Source of the DNA: Minisyncoccota bacterium
GTDB taxonomy: Bacteria; Patescibacteriota; Minisyncoccia; Phycocordibacterales; SBAW01
Length of the DNA: 64,000 nt
NCBI GenBank assembly: GCA_035549255.1
Contig: DASZRD010000005.1
Span: 58 to 64,057, forward strand
Direction of reading: 5' to 3'
Under the pieces are notes generated by a model. The model was not told the origin of the DNA, ran no database searches, and saw only the letters and a list, made by a program, of their open reading frames with translations. This document shows, piece by piece, positions 47,342 to 57,623 of this stretch; the first letter of the stretch is position 1; each line of letters begins with the position of its first letter. Both the position numbers and the translations under genes were made by a program.

Positions 47342-48508
47342 ATGAACAACGCACTGGGAGCAGCAACATTGATAGCAGGGGTCGCGGTCGGCGGCATGGG
47401 CCTCGTCGCCGCCTTTATCGCGATTGCTTGCGGGATCGTGACGCTCTTGTGGTGGTGGCTGCGGGAACACAAGCGGCCGCTCTCGCTGCGCCGCTTCAAT
47501 CAGAACCCGATCCTCGGCCCTGACCCCAGCCACTGGTGGGAATCAGAGGCGGTATTCAATCCTGCGGCGTTCACCGCCGACGGGAAGGTGCACATCCTCT
47601 ACCGCGCCATGGGGCGCGACGGCATTTCGCGCATCGGCTACGCTTCGAGCGAAGACGGCGTTCGCTTTACCCGCTTGCCGTATCCGGTCTACTCGCCCGA
47701 CCGGGGCTTCGGGGTCCCGAGGACCGATCGCGTCTACGGGCCGCTCTCCTACAGCCAGACGCACTACGCCTCCGGCGGCGGATGGGGCGGCATCGAGGAC
47801 CCGCGGGCCATCAAGATCGACGGCAAGCTCTACATGAGCTTCGTCGCCTTCGACGGTTGGGGCTTCGTGCGCATGGCGCTTACCTCGATGCCGCTGCCGA
47901 AGTTCCTCAACAAAGACTGGCAATGGAAGAAAGCGGCGTTCCTTTCGCCGCCGAACGAGATCCACAAGAACTGGGTCCTCTTCCCCGAGCGCGTGGGCGG
48001 CAGGTATGCGGTGCTCCACAGCATTACGCCGAAGATCTCGATCGAGTACGTCGATTCGCTCGAGAGCTTCGACGACGAGGATACCTATATCCACTCTCCT
48101 GGCCGCTCGGGCGGCAGGCCCGGGGAGTGGGATAGCATCGTCCGCGGCGCGGGAGCACCGCCGATCAGGACATCGGAAGGATGGCTTCTGCTCTATCACG
48201 GCATGGACGCCAACAATCAGGGTATTGGCTACAAAGTGGGTGCTATGCTGCTCGACCTTGAAGACCCGACCCGCGTGCTCTATCGCAGCTCGCAGCCGAT
48301 ACTGGTCCCGAGCGAATGGTACGAGAATGACTGGAAGCCCGGCGTCATCATCGCGACCGGCGCGGTGGTTATCGGCGACGATCTGATGGTCTACTACGGC
48401 GGCGGCGACAAGTACGTCGCTGCTGCGCGCGCCAATCTGCGCGACTTCCTGCGAAGGCTCAAGTACGACGAGCAGGCCGAGCTCGAGCCGGTGAAGCTCC
48501 AGGTATAA
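47342..48508 (+). CDS. Membrane-anchored GH130-family glycosidase/phosphorylase
   Basis: VFNPAA, LYRA, EDPR, KNWVLFP, WLLLYHG, YYGGGD. Confidence 0.88.
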   Translation: MNNALGAATLIAGVAVGGMGLVAAFIAIACGIVTLLWWWLREHKRPLSLRRFNQNPILGPDPSHWWESEAVFNPAAFTADGKVHILYRAMGRDGISRIGYASSEDGVRFTRLPYPVYSPDRGFGVPRTDRVYGPLSYSQTHYASGGGWGGIEDPRAIKIDGKLYMSFVAFDGWGFVRMALTSMPLPKFLNKDWQWKKAAFLSPPNEIHKNWVLFPERVGGRYAVLHSITPKISIEYVDSLESFDDEDTYIHSPGRSGGRPGEWDSIVRGAGAPPIRTSEGWLLLYHGMDANNQGIGYKVGAMLLDLEDPTRVLYRSSQPILVPSEWYENDWKPGVIIATGAVVIGDDLMVYYGGGDKYVAAARANLRDFLRRLKYDEQAELEPVKLQV

Positions 48509-48520
48509 TACACGAGCAAT

Positions 48521-50422
48521 ATGTACGTTATCAGACGCAGCTCGCATAACCCCATCATCACGCCCATGGCCGACCGCCAATGGGAGGCGCGCGGCACGTT
48601 CAATCCCTCACCGGTCAAGAAAGGCCCGATCACGCACATCCTCTACCGCGCGCTCGGCCGCCCCGACGCGCTCATGACGCCCGCGGGTATCTCAACCATC
48701 GGAAAAGCACTCTCGATTGACGGCAAGCACTTCCAGAACCGCCGCCAATTCATCGTGCCGACCGAGGAGTGGGAAAAATTCGGCTGCGAGGACCCGCGCG
48801 CCACGTTCTTCGAAGGCAAATATTATATCTTTTATACCGCCCTCGGCGGTATGCCCTTCGGGGCGGGCAATATCAAGGTTGCGTGCGCGATATCGAAGGA
48901 TCTCGAGTCCATCGATGAGAAGCATCTCATCACCCCGTTTAACGCCAAGGCGATGGCGCTCTTCCCCGAGCGCGTGGGCGGCAAGATCACCGCGATCGTG
49001 ACCGCGCACACCGACGAGCCGCCCGCGAAGATTTCTATCGTGCAGTGCGACAAGATCGAAGATCTGTGGGATCTCGCCTTCTGGGAGAAGTGGCACGCCA
49101 ACCTCGACGATCACCGCATCAACCCCTTGCGGTTCGACCATGACCACGTCGAAGTCGGCTCCGCGCCGATCTGGACCAAGGACGGCTGGCTGATCTTCTA
49201 CTCGTACATCCAAAATTACTTCGGCGGCGGGGAGCGCGTGTTCGGCATCGAGGCGCTGCTGCTCGACCTCGACGACCCGCGGCAGATCGTCGGCCGCACG
49301 AAGGGCCCCATCATGGTCCCGGAAGAGATTTACGAGCGCTACGGCGAGGTCCCCAATATCGTCTTTCCTTCCGGCGCGCTGCTCAACAAGAACGGCCGCG
49401 TCGATATCTACTACGGCGGCGCGGACACGGTCTGCGCGCGCGCTTCTCTTAATCTCCCCGACCTCCTCTCGGCGATGATACCCTCGCGCCGCGAAGACTT
49501 GGCCGTCCGCGCCAAGGAGAATCCGATCCTCTCGCCTATCCCCGACCATGCGTGGGAGAGCAAAGAGGTCTTCAACGCCGCCGCGATCGACATCGACGAG
49601 ACCGTGCATATCCTCTATCGCGCGATCGGCGAAGACGGGGTTTCGCGCGTGGGCTATGCCACGAGCAAAAACGGCATCAAGATTACCGAGCGCCTCCCGG
49701 AGCCTATCTACGGGCCGCGCGCCGACTTCGAATCGCGCGGCTGCGAAGACCCTAGAGTGACCCGCATCGGCACTACTATATATATGGTCTATACCGCCTT
49801 CGACGGGAAGAACCCTTGGCGCGCGGCCATGACCTCGATATCGGTCAAGGACTTTCTCGCGCGCAAATGGGACAAATGGGCGCCGCCTCAGCTCATCACC
49901 CCCGACCCGGTGCAGGACAAGGACACGTGCATCTTCCCCGAGCAGATCGGCGGGCAGTACATGCTGCTCCACCGCATCGACCCCATGATGTGCGCGGATT
50001 TCCTCGATACGCTCGACTTTACGAAGAGCAGGCTCTCGCGCTGCATCGAGATTATGGGTCCGAGAGCGGGCATGTGGGATAGCAAAAAGATCGGCGTCGC
50101 CGGGCCGCCGATCGAGACTTCCAAAGGCTGGCTTCTGATCTACCACGGCGTATCGAAGACCGGCACCTACCGGCTCGGCGCAGTGCTGCTCGACGAGAAA
50201 AACCCCTCGATCGTGATCTCGCGCAGCGTCGACACCATCTTCGAGCCGATCGAGGAGTACGAGCGTACGGGCGTCGTCAACAACGCGGTCTTCTCCTGCG
50301 GCGCGGTCGTGCGCGGCGACACAATGTACGTCTATTACGGCGGTGCGGATACGGTACTTGGCGTCGCCAAGATCTCCCTCAAGAAACTCCTCAAGATTTT
50401 GCTCCCAGAGAACCTCGAGTAA
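48521..50422 (+). CDS. Tandem two-domain GH130 protein
   Basis: Two copies of FN-(P/A), LYRA, GCEDPR, YYGGADT. Confidence 0.88.
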   Translation: MYVIRRSSHNPIITPMADRQWEARGTFNPSPVKKGPITHILYRALGRPDALMTPAGISTIGKALSIDGKHFQNRRQFIVPTEEWEKFGCEDPRATFFEGKYYIFYTALGGMPFGAGNIKVACAISKDLESIDEKHLITPFNAKAMALFPERVGGKITAIVTAHTDEPPAKISIVQCDKIEDLWDLAFWEKWHANLDDHRINPLRFDHDHVEVGSAPIWTKDGWLIFYSYIQNYFGGGERVFGIEALLLDLDDPRQIVGRTKGPIMVPEEIYERYGEVPNIVFPSGALLNKNGRVDIYYGGADTVCARASLNLPDLLSAMIPSRREDLAVRAKENPILSPIPDHAWESKEVFNAAAIDIDETVHILYRAIGEDGVSRVGYATSKNGIKITERLPEPIYGPRADFESRGCEDPRVTRIGTTIYMVYTAFDGKNPWRAAMTSISVKDFLARKWDKWAPPQLITPDPVQDKDTCIFPEQIGGQYMLLHRIDPMMCADFLDTLDFTKSRLSRCIEIMGPRAGMWDSKKIGVAGPPIETSKGWLLIYHGVSKTGTYRLGAVLLDEKNPSIVISRSVDTIFEPIEEYERTGVVNNAVFSCGAVVRGDTMYVYYGGADTVLGVAKISLKKLLKILLPENLE

Positions 50423-50453
50423 TCATCTGAGCACGTCGTCCACTCGCTAGATT

Positions 50454-51233
50454 ATGAACTTCAAGCCAAAACTCGTCGCGTTCGACCTCGACGGCACGCT
50501 TGCGGAGAGCAAGCGCCCGATTACCGCCGAGGTTGGCGAGCTCCTCACCGAATTGCTCCAGAAGCTGCCAGTCGCTATCATGTCGGGCGCCTCATTTGAG
50601 CAATTCCAGACGCAGGTCTTGCCGCAGATACCCGAGACGGCGCGCTTTGAGCGCCTCTACCTGTTCCCGACCAACGCCGCGCAGTGCTACATACACCGCG
50701 GATCAGGATGGCACCTCGCATATGATCGCTCGTTCAACAGCTTCGAGAAGGGGCGCATCATGCAGGCGCTCAAGGAGGCTCTCGCGGAGCAGGGCCTCGG
50801 GGACGAGTCGGCGCATCCGCAGGAATGGGGGCCGAGGATCGAGGATCGCGGCGCGCAGATCGCCTTCTCCGCGCTGGGGCAGAAAGCGCCCGTTGACCAA
50901 AAGCAGCTCTGGCATGACGCGCACGAATCCGAGCGCAAGGCGCTGCGCGACTCTCTTGCGCGGCGGCTACCCGACTTCTCGGTGCTCGAGGGCGGCCTCA
51001 CGACCGTCGATATCACCCAGAAGGGCGTCGACAAGGCCTACGGCATCCGCAAGCTCGTCGAGCTTGCCGACGTATCGGTTTCCGAGATGCTGTATGTCGG
51101 CGACGCGCTCGAAGAAGGCGGCAATGACTCGGTCGTCATCGATACGGGCGTACACACCCACGAGGTATTCGGCCCCGACGAGACTATTGCCCTCATCAAC
51201 AGCGTTCTTGACGCTCCGCGCGCCGGCCGTTAA
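50454..51233 (+). CDS. HAD-IIB hydrolase, eukaryote-type phosphomannomutase-like
   Basis: FDLDGTL, IEDRGAQIAFSALGQ, GGLTTVDI, DKAYG, GDALEEGGND. Confidence 0.8.
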   Translation: MNFKPKLVAFDLDGTLAESKRPITAEVGELLTELLQKLPVAIMSGASFEQFQTQVLPQIPETARFERLYLFPTNAAQCYIHRGSGWHLAYDRSFNSFEKGRIMQALKEALAEQGLGDESAHPQEWGPRIEDRGAQIAFSALGQKAPVDQKQLWHDAHESERKALRDSLARRLPDFSVLEGGLTTVDITQKGVDKAYGIRKLVELADVSVSEMLYVGDALEEGGNDSVVIDTGVHTHEVFGPDETIALINSVLDAPRAGR

Positions 51234-51236
51234 GTC

Positions 51237-53186
51237 TTAGATCGATCCGATCGCCTGGTTTAGCGTCACGACCTTGATGCCGCTTTGCTTAATGTAATTG
51301 ACCAATGACTGCAAGAAGCTCGGCGTAATCGCGTATTCATCTCCGCCGCTTTGGAGCACGTCGTGGATCTCGAGGATAAGGAGCCGCTTGTCGGCAACCG
51401 CCTGGTCGATCTCGGCTTCGAGCGAAGCAAGCGATGTCGATGAGTCAACACGAATGTCATCGAGGTTATAGCGCGGGGCCCCGGGCTCGTTGAGGCCGTA
51501 GTAGCTGCCGCGCGCGGCGCTGTAGCCGGCAGCAGCCACCATCGCGTCGGTCGAGGGGCTGCGGTCGCCATAGGGATACACGAAGGTAGTCGGCGTGATG
51601 CCCTGTTTTACAAGGTCGCTATACGAGCCGGCGATCTCCTTCTGCGCCTGCGCGGACGTCAGCGTGGTGAGGTACGGATGCGTCTGCGTGTGGCCGCCGA
51701 TCTCGAAGCCCTGCGACGCGAGGTTCTTGATCTGCGCCCAGGTCATATACCCGCTGTCGCCGCTCCCCGGCTCGGAGGTAATGATGTAGAAGCTCGCTCT
51801 CATGCCCGCGGCATTGAGTATCGGCAGCGCGTTCTGATACTGCGACAAGTCGCCGTCATCAAAGGTAAGTGCCACCATGCCGCTCGGGAGCGGGTTCTGG
51901 GGGTTGGCGGTGAGCGAAGCATTATCGATCGTAAGCGTGCCGACTGCCGCGATCGTGTGAAGCACCGTGAGCGATACCGCGCCCGTTGGCACGGTGACCT
52001 GCGCGGTGAGCGTCTGCCACGTGCCATTGGTTGCCGGAGCATCAGCGACCCAATCGTACTGATACGTGCCATCACTCATGAGGTACTCGACCGTAACATT
52101 GTCTTTGAGCGTCGAATTGTAATCGTCGGTGAACGTATAGATCGTGTGGCTCGATACCGGCACATGGTCGAAGTCCCACTTGGCGTCGCCCGAGGAGTAT
52201 TTGGTGATAGCCACCTGCGCCGCCTTGCCGCCCCCCTTGCCGGCGACCGGATAGGTAAACTTTACGTTCATCGTGCCCCAGTAATCGGCATTCCATCCGG
52301 TCGGGTTATTGGCCGTGCCCGCTTCAAGGTTGCCGTTAGCGATGAGGTTGGGACCGTTCGGCTGAGTCGGCGGAGTCGGAGGCGCCGGCTGCACGACGGT
52401 AACCGTGACGCTTGAGGTCGCAACACCCGCAGGATTCGTTGCAGTAAGCGTGTACGTCGTGGTCTGGGTTGGCGTTACCTGTTTGCTCGCGCCCGTCACG
52501 ATACCGACATTCTGGTCGATGCTGGTCGAAGACGCGTTGCTGACATTCCACGAGAGCGTGACCTGCTGGCCCGCAACGATAGTGCTGCTTGATGTGACAA
52601 ACGAGTTGATGAGGGGCTTCTGCTGCACCGGCGGCGGAGGCGGCGTAGAAGTGCTGGCCGCCTCGGTAAGCGAGTACTGATCGACTTCGACGTAACCAAT
52701 ACTCTTGAGCTCATGCGCGAAGCGCACCTTGGTGTAACCGCTCGGGATCGTGACCGTCGCGCTGAATTGCTGCCAGGCGCCCGTGCCCGAGACCGTACCG
52801 AGCGTCTGGGTAACGGAGCTGCCGTTATTCTTCGTGAAGATCGCAATCACATTCACCGACACGTTCGAGAGCGAGTAGCCCGAGAAGAGGTACGACTTAC
52901 CCGCTGCGACGCTCGCGGCGGGAGACTGCCAGTACGCGTCGCCGCTGTTCTTGTACTTGGTGATCTGCGCCTTGACGGCGTTCCCGCTGAATCCCTTGAC
53001 CGGATAATTGAATGAGACGCTGATATTAGAGCCGCTATGCTCGGTATTCCATCCCGAGGTGCCGTTGTCGAGAGAAGGGTTGGCGATAAGATTGGGTCCG
53101 CCCGCTATCGCGGTCCCGCCTATAAAAAGCACCGCTGCCGCGCATGCGGCGATAAGGATTCCTGCGGAACGTCCTGGATTTTTCAT
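51237..53186 (-). CDS. Secreted CE4 polysaccharide deacetylase with two CBM4-like and one Ig-like domain
   Basis: NLIAN... CBM-like repeats, TFDDG, GGHTQTH, YPYG, LEIH. Confidence 0.85.
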   Translation of the reverse strand: MKNPGRSAGILIAACAAAVLFIGGTAIAGGPNLIANPSLDNGTSGWNTEHSGSNISVSFNYPVKGFSGNAVKAQITKYKNSGDAYWQSPAASVAAGKSYLFSGYSLSNVSVNVIAIFTKNNGSSVTQTLGTVSGTGAWQQFSATVTIPSGYTKVRFAHELKSIGYVEVDQYSLTEAASTSTPPPPPVQQKPLINSFVTSSSTIVAGQQVTLSWNVSNASSTSIDQNVGIVTGASKQVTPTQTTTYTLTATNPAGVATSSVTVTVVQPAPPTPPTQPNGPNLIANGNLEAGTANNPTGWNADYWGTMNVKFTYPVAGKGGGKAAQVAITKYSSGDAKWDFDHVPVSSHTIYTFTDDYNSTLKDNVTVEYLMSDGTYQYDWVADAPATNGTWQTLTAQVTVPTGAVSLTVLHTIAAVGTLTIDNASLTANPQNPLPSGMVALTFDDGDLSQYQNALPILNAAGMRASFYIITSEPGSGDSGYMTWAQIKNLASQGFEIGGHTQTHPYLTTLTSAQAQKEIAGSYSDLVKQGITPTTFVYPYGDRSPSTDAMVAAAGYSAARGSYYGLNEPGAPRYNLDDIRVDSSTSLASLEAEIDQAVADKRLLILEIHDVLQSGGDEYAITPSFLQSLVNYIKQSGIKVVTLNQAIGSI

Positions 53187-53232
53187 ACTGCTATGCATAC
53201 GTATTAATAATGATTTGATAACGCTGACAGGA

Positions 53233-54522
53233 CTAATCTCTCCCAGTACCCGGCTCAACCGTGTAGGACTTGAGCGTATGCGGTGAAGCGTACGGGTTCG
53301 GGTCCCACGTCTCGAAGCCGACCGTACCCGAATTCTGCAGGCTCGGGAGATCGGCGGCGAGCACCACTTGCCCGCCGATGAGGCACGACAACCGGCTGCC
53401 TTCGATATCGGCGCCCATATCGACACCCTCCCACGGGGAATCCTGGCGTACGGGAAGACTCGGCGATTGAGATATGAATTGCGAGACGCCGTTTGATACC
53501 TGATAAATCTGCACAGTCTGGCCGTAGCGCGAGAACGCGCACGAGGCGAAGTTGCCATCGTCGCGCATGCGCACCAGACGCGAGAAGACGCTTGTGAGGC
53601 CCCAGTCGACCGTCGTATCGACTTTATAATCGACCCAGTCCTTGCCGCCGCGGAACATGGTCATCGAGCCGGTGGTGCTCGCGGCGGCGGAGGGGCCGGT
53701 CTCGATAGAGCCGCTCTCCCCCGGCCCGAAGAAGCCGAAATACGTAAACCACTTGTCGAGAGAATCCGACGACGGAGAGAAGGTATATGGAAGCGTCGCG
53801 GGCGTGGCGGTCGCGAAGGGGTCGAAGGGCTGCGGCCCGGTCGCGACCGGCGGGTACCAGGGGGAATGAGGCGCATCCGAAGAGACCAGGCGTACTTCGT
53901 CGATATAGGCAGACCCCGGATTCTCCGCGCTCACGCTGAACCCAGTGAGCTCTTGGGGGGTCGTGGAACCGACGGAGAAATTGGCGAGCGGGACGGTAAT
54001 CTGCTGCCACTCCCCGGGCGCCAGCGCGCCCGACGCGGCATACCACGAGAGGGACTGGCGGCCGATCGAATTGCCCTGCGCGTCGTAGATATCGAGATAA
54101 AGGTCCCCCACTGCCGCATCGGGGCGGACATACAGCGAGATCGCGCTATACGGCGCCGCATCGGCCGCTGGCCCCTGCATACCGACGCTCCCGCCGGCCG
54201 CGTCGAAGGCCGCCTTGATCGACGCCGGCCCGGCGGCATACTCATCAGTCGCGCGCCAATTGGCGCTCGCGTGCCAAGTCCAGCTATCGTAGCGCAGCGG
54301 CAGCGCATCCTGGTAAAAATAGCCCGAATTAAGCGATACAGCGCCTGAGAGAAGCGATGAGGCGAAAGGATCTCGGCCGCTCTGGTACGAAACGCCCAGC
54401 GCCGCGAGCAAGTCCCCCGGCTGCGTGCGCACATAAAAGAGCGAGAGCGCCGAGGCGATGCCCGCGAGCGCCACGGCGAAGAATGCGCACCAGACTATTC
54501 TCCAAAAGCGGTCGACAATCAT
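53233..54522 (-). CDS. Membrane-anchored protein with carbohydrate-binding/ConA-like domains
   Basis: N-terminal TM; GEWQQITVPL, YIDEVRL, GTVGF. Confidence 0.65.
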   Translation of the reverse strand: MIVDRFWRIVWCAFFAVALAGIASALSLFYVRTQPGDLLAALGVSYQSGRDPFASSLLSGAVSLNSGYFYQDALPLRYDSWTWHASANWRATDEYAAGPASIKAAFDAAGGSVGMQGPAADAAPYSAISLYVRPDAAVGDLYLDIYDAQGNSIGRQSLSWYAASGALAPGEWQQITVPLANFSVGSTTPQELTGFSVSAENPGSAYIDEVRLVSSDAPHSPWYPPVATGPQPFDPFATATPATLPYTFSPSSDSLDKWFTYFGFFGPGESGSIETGPSAAASTTGSMTMFRGGKDWVDYKVDTTVDWGLTSVFSRLVRMRDDGNFASCAFSRYGQTVQIYQVSNGVSQFISQSPSLPVRQDSPWEGVDMGADIEGSRLSCLIGGQVVLAADLPSLQNSGTVGFETWDPNPYASPHTLKSYTVEPGTGRD

Positions 54523-57083
54523 AATAAGGTAGGCCGGGCCTCGGTCGGCGCAATCGAAGCGGAGGTCTCGGCGGTACGCGCCTCATCCGGAATAAGCGAG
54601 GCGTGCAGAGCGCCCGGAAGCTGCGGGGAGACCTCCGCGATCGTAAGCGGGGACGGGACCGGCACGAGGATGTCGCTTTGATAGAACCGCTTCGTCTCCC
54701 CCGCCTTGCGGAACTTATTCCAGCCCGCGCCGCTGCCCTCGATCGCGCGGATGACGCCGCGCATGACACTAAAGTAGAGAAGCTGCCGGTAGACCACCCG
54801 CTGCAGGGGCACGCCGATCATGAGGCGGCCCGCGCCGGGCTCCTTCCAGACGCCCCAGGCGGCATAGGCCATGTCGAAGGCGGTAAATAAGAGGAACGGC
54901 ACGAGAAGCGTGCGCATCTGGCCGAAAAGGAGGCCGAATACGAACGCCGCGTCAGTGAAGGGGTACGCGAGCGGCAGCAGGATATTGTAGATAAACACGT
55001 TGGGAAGCACGATAAGGGTCATGGGCGAGAACGGCCGCTCGAGCGCGACGCGCTTGTGCTTCCAGACGCATTGCATGGTGCCATAGACCCAGCGGAAGCG
55101 CTGCTTGAGGAAATTCTTTACCGTATGCGGCGTCTCGGTGTAGGCGATGGCCTGCGGCTCATAGACGACGCGCTTTCCCGAGCGCAGCACGGTGAGCGTC
55201 ATGTCCTGGTCCTCGACCAGCGTATCGGTCGAAAAGCCACCGAATTGCATGAGATACGACTTGCGCCACGCGCCCGCGGGCCCGGGCACGATGCCGACCG
55301 CGCCGATAGTCGAGAACGCGCGCTTGTCGATGTTCTGGCCGATCGCGTATTCGAGGGTCTGGAAAATGTCGAGCATGCGGCGGCTGCCCGTGGTGCGGAC
55401 CTTCCCCGCGACCGCGCCCACCCGCGGGTCGCTGAAGTGCTTTACGAAGTGCGCGAGCGCCCGGCGCTCAAGCACAGCGTCGGCGTCGAGAACCGCGATG
55501 ATATCGTACTTCGCGTGCTTGATGCCGATATTGAGCGCGCGGGCCTTGCCGCCGTTCTCCAGGCTCATGAGGCAGATATCGTCGTGCGGATATGCCTCGA
55601 TGACGTTGCGGACTTCCTGCGCGGTTTTGTCATATGAGCCATCGTCGAGCACGATAATCTCGCGCTTGGGGTACGAGCTGCGAATGACGCTCTCGACGGT
55701 CGCGGCGATATTCTCCTCCTCGTTATAGGCGGGGATAAGCACGGATACGCCTGCGACCTCGCGCACCTCGGGAATGATCTCCTTATAGAGGCCGCGCATG
55801 CGGCCGTACATGATGAGCGAGATGAGCGACAGCGAGCGGACGCCGACAAGCGCGAGCGTGAAGATCGCGAGCCCCATAAGGCCGCGGTAGATGATCGGGA
55901 AGAAATATATATAGAGGCTGCGCATGGCTTCGCCCAGCCCCAAGAGCGCGATGACCGCCCATGCGCTCCAGCCCGCGGCCGCCCCAGGGGCGGCCGCGGG
56001 CGCCGCTGCGAGCGCGGACTCGAGCGACATCGAGTGGATAAGGTTGCGGGTCGCCTGGTCGGCCTTGCCGGCGCGGGACGGGTCGGGGTTGCCCGAATCG
56101 ACAAGCTTGTTGGCGGTCTGAAAGTTGAGCAGCGCCGCGCGCGTCGCTGCGTCGAATACGCCGGTAAGCGCGTACGGGTCGAGGTACTTCTGCATATAAA
56201 GGAACCATTGGAGCTGCGATACCGCGCCGCCGGTTGTGGCATCAGTCGCGCCGAGCGCAAGCGTCGAAGGAAGCGAGATCGTCGTAGGCGGCGTCAGGAG
56301 CGAGGAGAGCGGCACGACGCTGTAGCCGTGGTCTTTGAGATAGCCGAGAATCGCAGGCAGGGCCTTGGCGGTCGCCACGTCCTCATGAAGGAGGATGATG
56401 TGGCCGTTGGGTTTCTCCGCAAGCGCGCGGTCAAGGTCAGCGACCATTTGCGGCGTCGTAGTCGCATACCACTTGGTCGGATCGATGTCGGCACCCACCG
56501 GCAGATACCCGAGCTCGAGGGACCACAGGAGGTCTTTGGGCGGCGGCACATAAGGGTTGAGGGTCGGGTCGGACCCGACGCCGGAGAGATACGGCGGACG
56601 GTAGAAGAGCGGCTGCTGCCCCGTGATCTGCGAGATAAGATACCCGGTCGAGTTGAGCTCGAGCGCAAGGCGCTTGTAGGAAGACTGCGCGTCCCGGGCA
56701 TGCGTGAAGGAAAGGTTCCCGACCGTAAAGCCGTCATCGCTCGCCTCCTTGACCAAGTCGGGCCGCGTGAGCACATCCTTTCCTATATAGAAGAACGTTG
56801 CCGGCACACCCTCCTTCGATAGTTCGTTGAAGAAGAGCTGCGACGCATCGGGCGTCGGACCGTCGTCTATCGTGAGCGCGACCTTGTCGGCATTCGCCGC
56901 GCTGAAGTAGTAGTGATAGCGCTCGGCGATATCCGCATACGGAAGCGAGGCGCGCCCGGCGGTAGTGCTCGCGAGGCCGAACAAAAAAATAAGAACGAAC
57001 GAAAGGAGAAAGAATATGAAAAAGACCGCAGCGGCCCTGAAATATAGTTTGCGTCGTTTAGAGGTATCGAAAAATACAGGCAT
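54519..57083 (-). CDS. Fused CE4 / PG-binding / GT2 (PgaC/IcaA-like) polysaccharide synthase
   Basis: TIDDGP, YRPPY, LLHE; GVFDAATRAALLNFQ; IPAYNEE, DDGS, GKARALN, DAD, VED, QRFRW. Confidence 0.9.
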   Translation of the reverse strand: MPVFFDTSKRRKLYFRAAAVFFIFFLLSFVLIFLFGLASTTAGRASLPYADIAERYHYYFSAANADKVALTIDDGPTPDASQLFFNELSKEGVPATFFYIGKDVLTRPDLVKEASDDGFTVGNLSFTHARDAQSSYKRLALELNSTGYLISQITGQQPLFYRPPYLSGVGSDPTLNPYVPPPKDLLWSLELGYLPVGADIDPTKWYATTTPQMVADLDRALAEKPNGHIILLHEDVATAKALPAILGYLKDHGYSVVPLSSLLTPPTTISLPSTLALGATDATTGGAVSQLQWFLYMQKYLDPYALTGVFDAATRAALLNFQTANKLVDSGNPDPSRAGKADQATRNLIHSMSLESALAAAPAAAPGAAAGWSAWAVIALLGLGEAMRSLYIYFFPIIYRGLMGLAIFTLALVGVRSLSLISLIMYGRMRGLYKEIIPEVREVAGVSVLIPAYNEEENIAATVESVIRSSYPKREIIVLDDGSYDKTAQEVRNVIEAYPHDDICLMSLENGGKARALNIGIKHAKYDIIAVLDADAVLERRALAHFVKHFSDPRVGAVAGKVRTTGSRRMLDIFQTLEYAIGQNIDKRAFSTIGAVGIVPGPAGAWRKSYLMQFGGFSTDTLVEDQDMTLTVLRSGKRVVYEPQAIAYTETPHTVKNFLKQRFRWVYGTMQCVWKHKRVALERPFSPMTLIVLPNVFIYNILLPLAYPFTDAAFVFGLLFGQMRTLLVPFLLFTAFDMAYAAWGVWKEPGAGRLMIGVPLQRVVYRQLLYFSVMRGVIRAIEGSGAGWNKFRKAGETKRFYQSDILVPVPSPLTIAEVSPQLPGALHASLIPDEARTAETSASIAPTEARPTLL

Positions 57084-57247
57084 ACAGCCGAGACAGCATT
57101 GTTGCTGCGGCTGGTTCCCCCGGTTATGCGGTTATTGCGCACGCATACTGGATGATGCGCGCACACCAAAAGTATAGCGCATATCGCAGAGGTGTATAGC
57201 GTAAACCGGTGTGGAAATCAGAATCGTATATATTGGAGTACAGATAT

Positions 57248-57394
57248 AAAAAAGAACAAGGTCGAGGCGGGCCCAAAACCCTGGGAAACCAGCCATAAGC
57301 TGGAGCTTTTGGGCCCACCTCGACCTCGTATCTTTTGGAAGAACGCCTTCCCGTAAAAACAAATCGAAGCTCTTCTTCGGAGTAAAGAGCTTCG
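57248..57394 (-). ncRNA. Candidate structured leader or sRNA
   Basis: Three hairpins; the last is a 20-bp stem (one G-U on minus) followed by TGTTCTTTTTT. Confidence 0.35.
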
Positions 57395-57623
57395 CCGCGC
57401 ATACTACTCGAGGCAGATTTCTTGTATAGATTGTCAGCGCAAAATTTTCGTCGCCGAATGTCGCGTGAGAGTTGCGAAAATAAAAATTTGTATCGCGCTA
57501 TCGCACGTCTCTTGTAATTTGAAATGCGCGTGCTATTTTGCCTCCTACCAAAGCAGCTCTGGGAAACTGCCGTGGGACGTGTTTTTCTCTTGTCCTTTAT
57601 TCATTAGGTATTAACCAGAGCTT

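Noticed and set aside
34208-57554. 13-mer CTCCTACCAAAGC shared by two intergenic regions
   Set aside because: Chance 13-mer matches are expected in 64 kb, and the flanks are not similar
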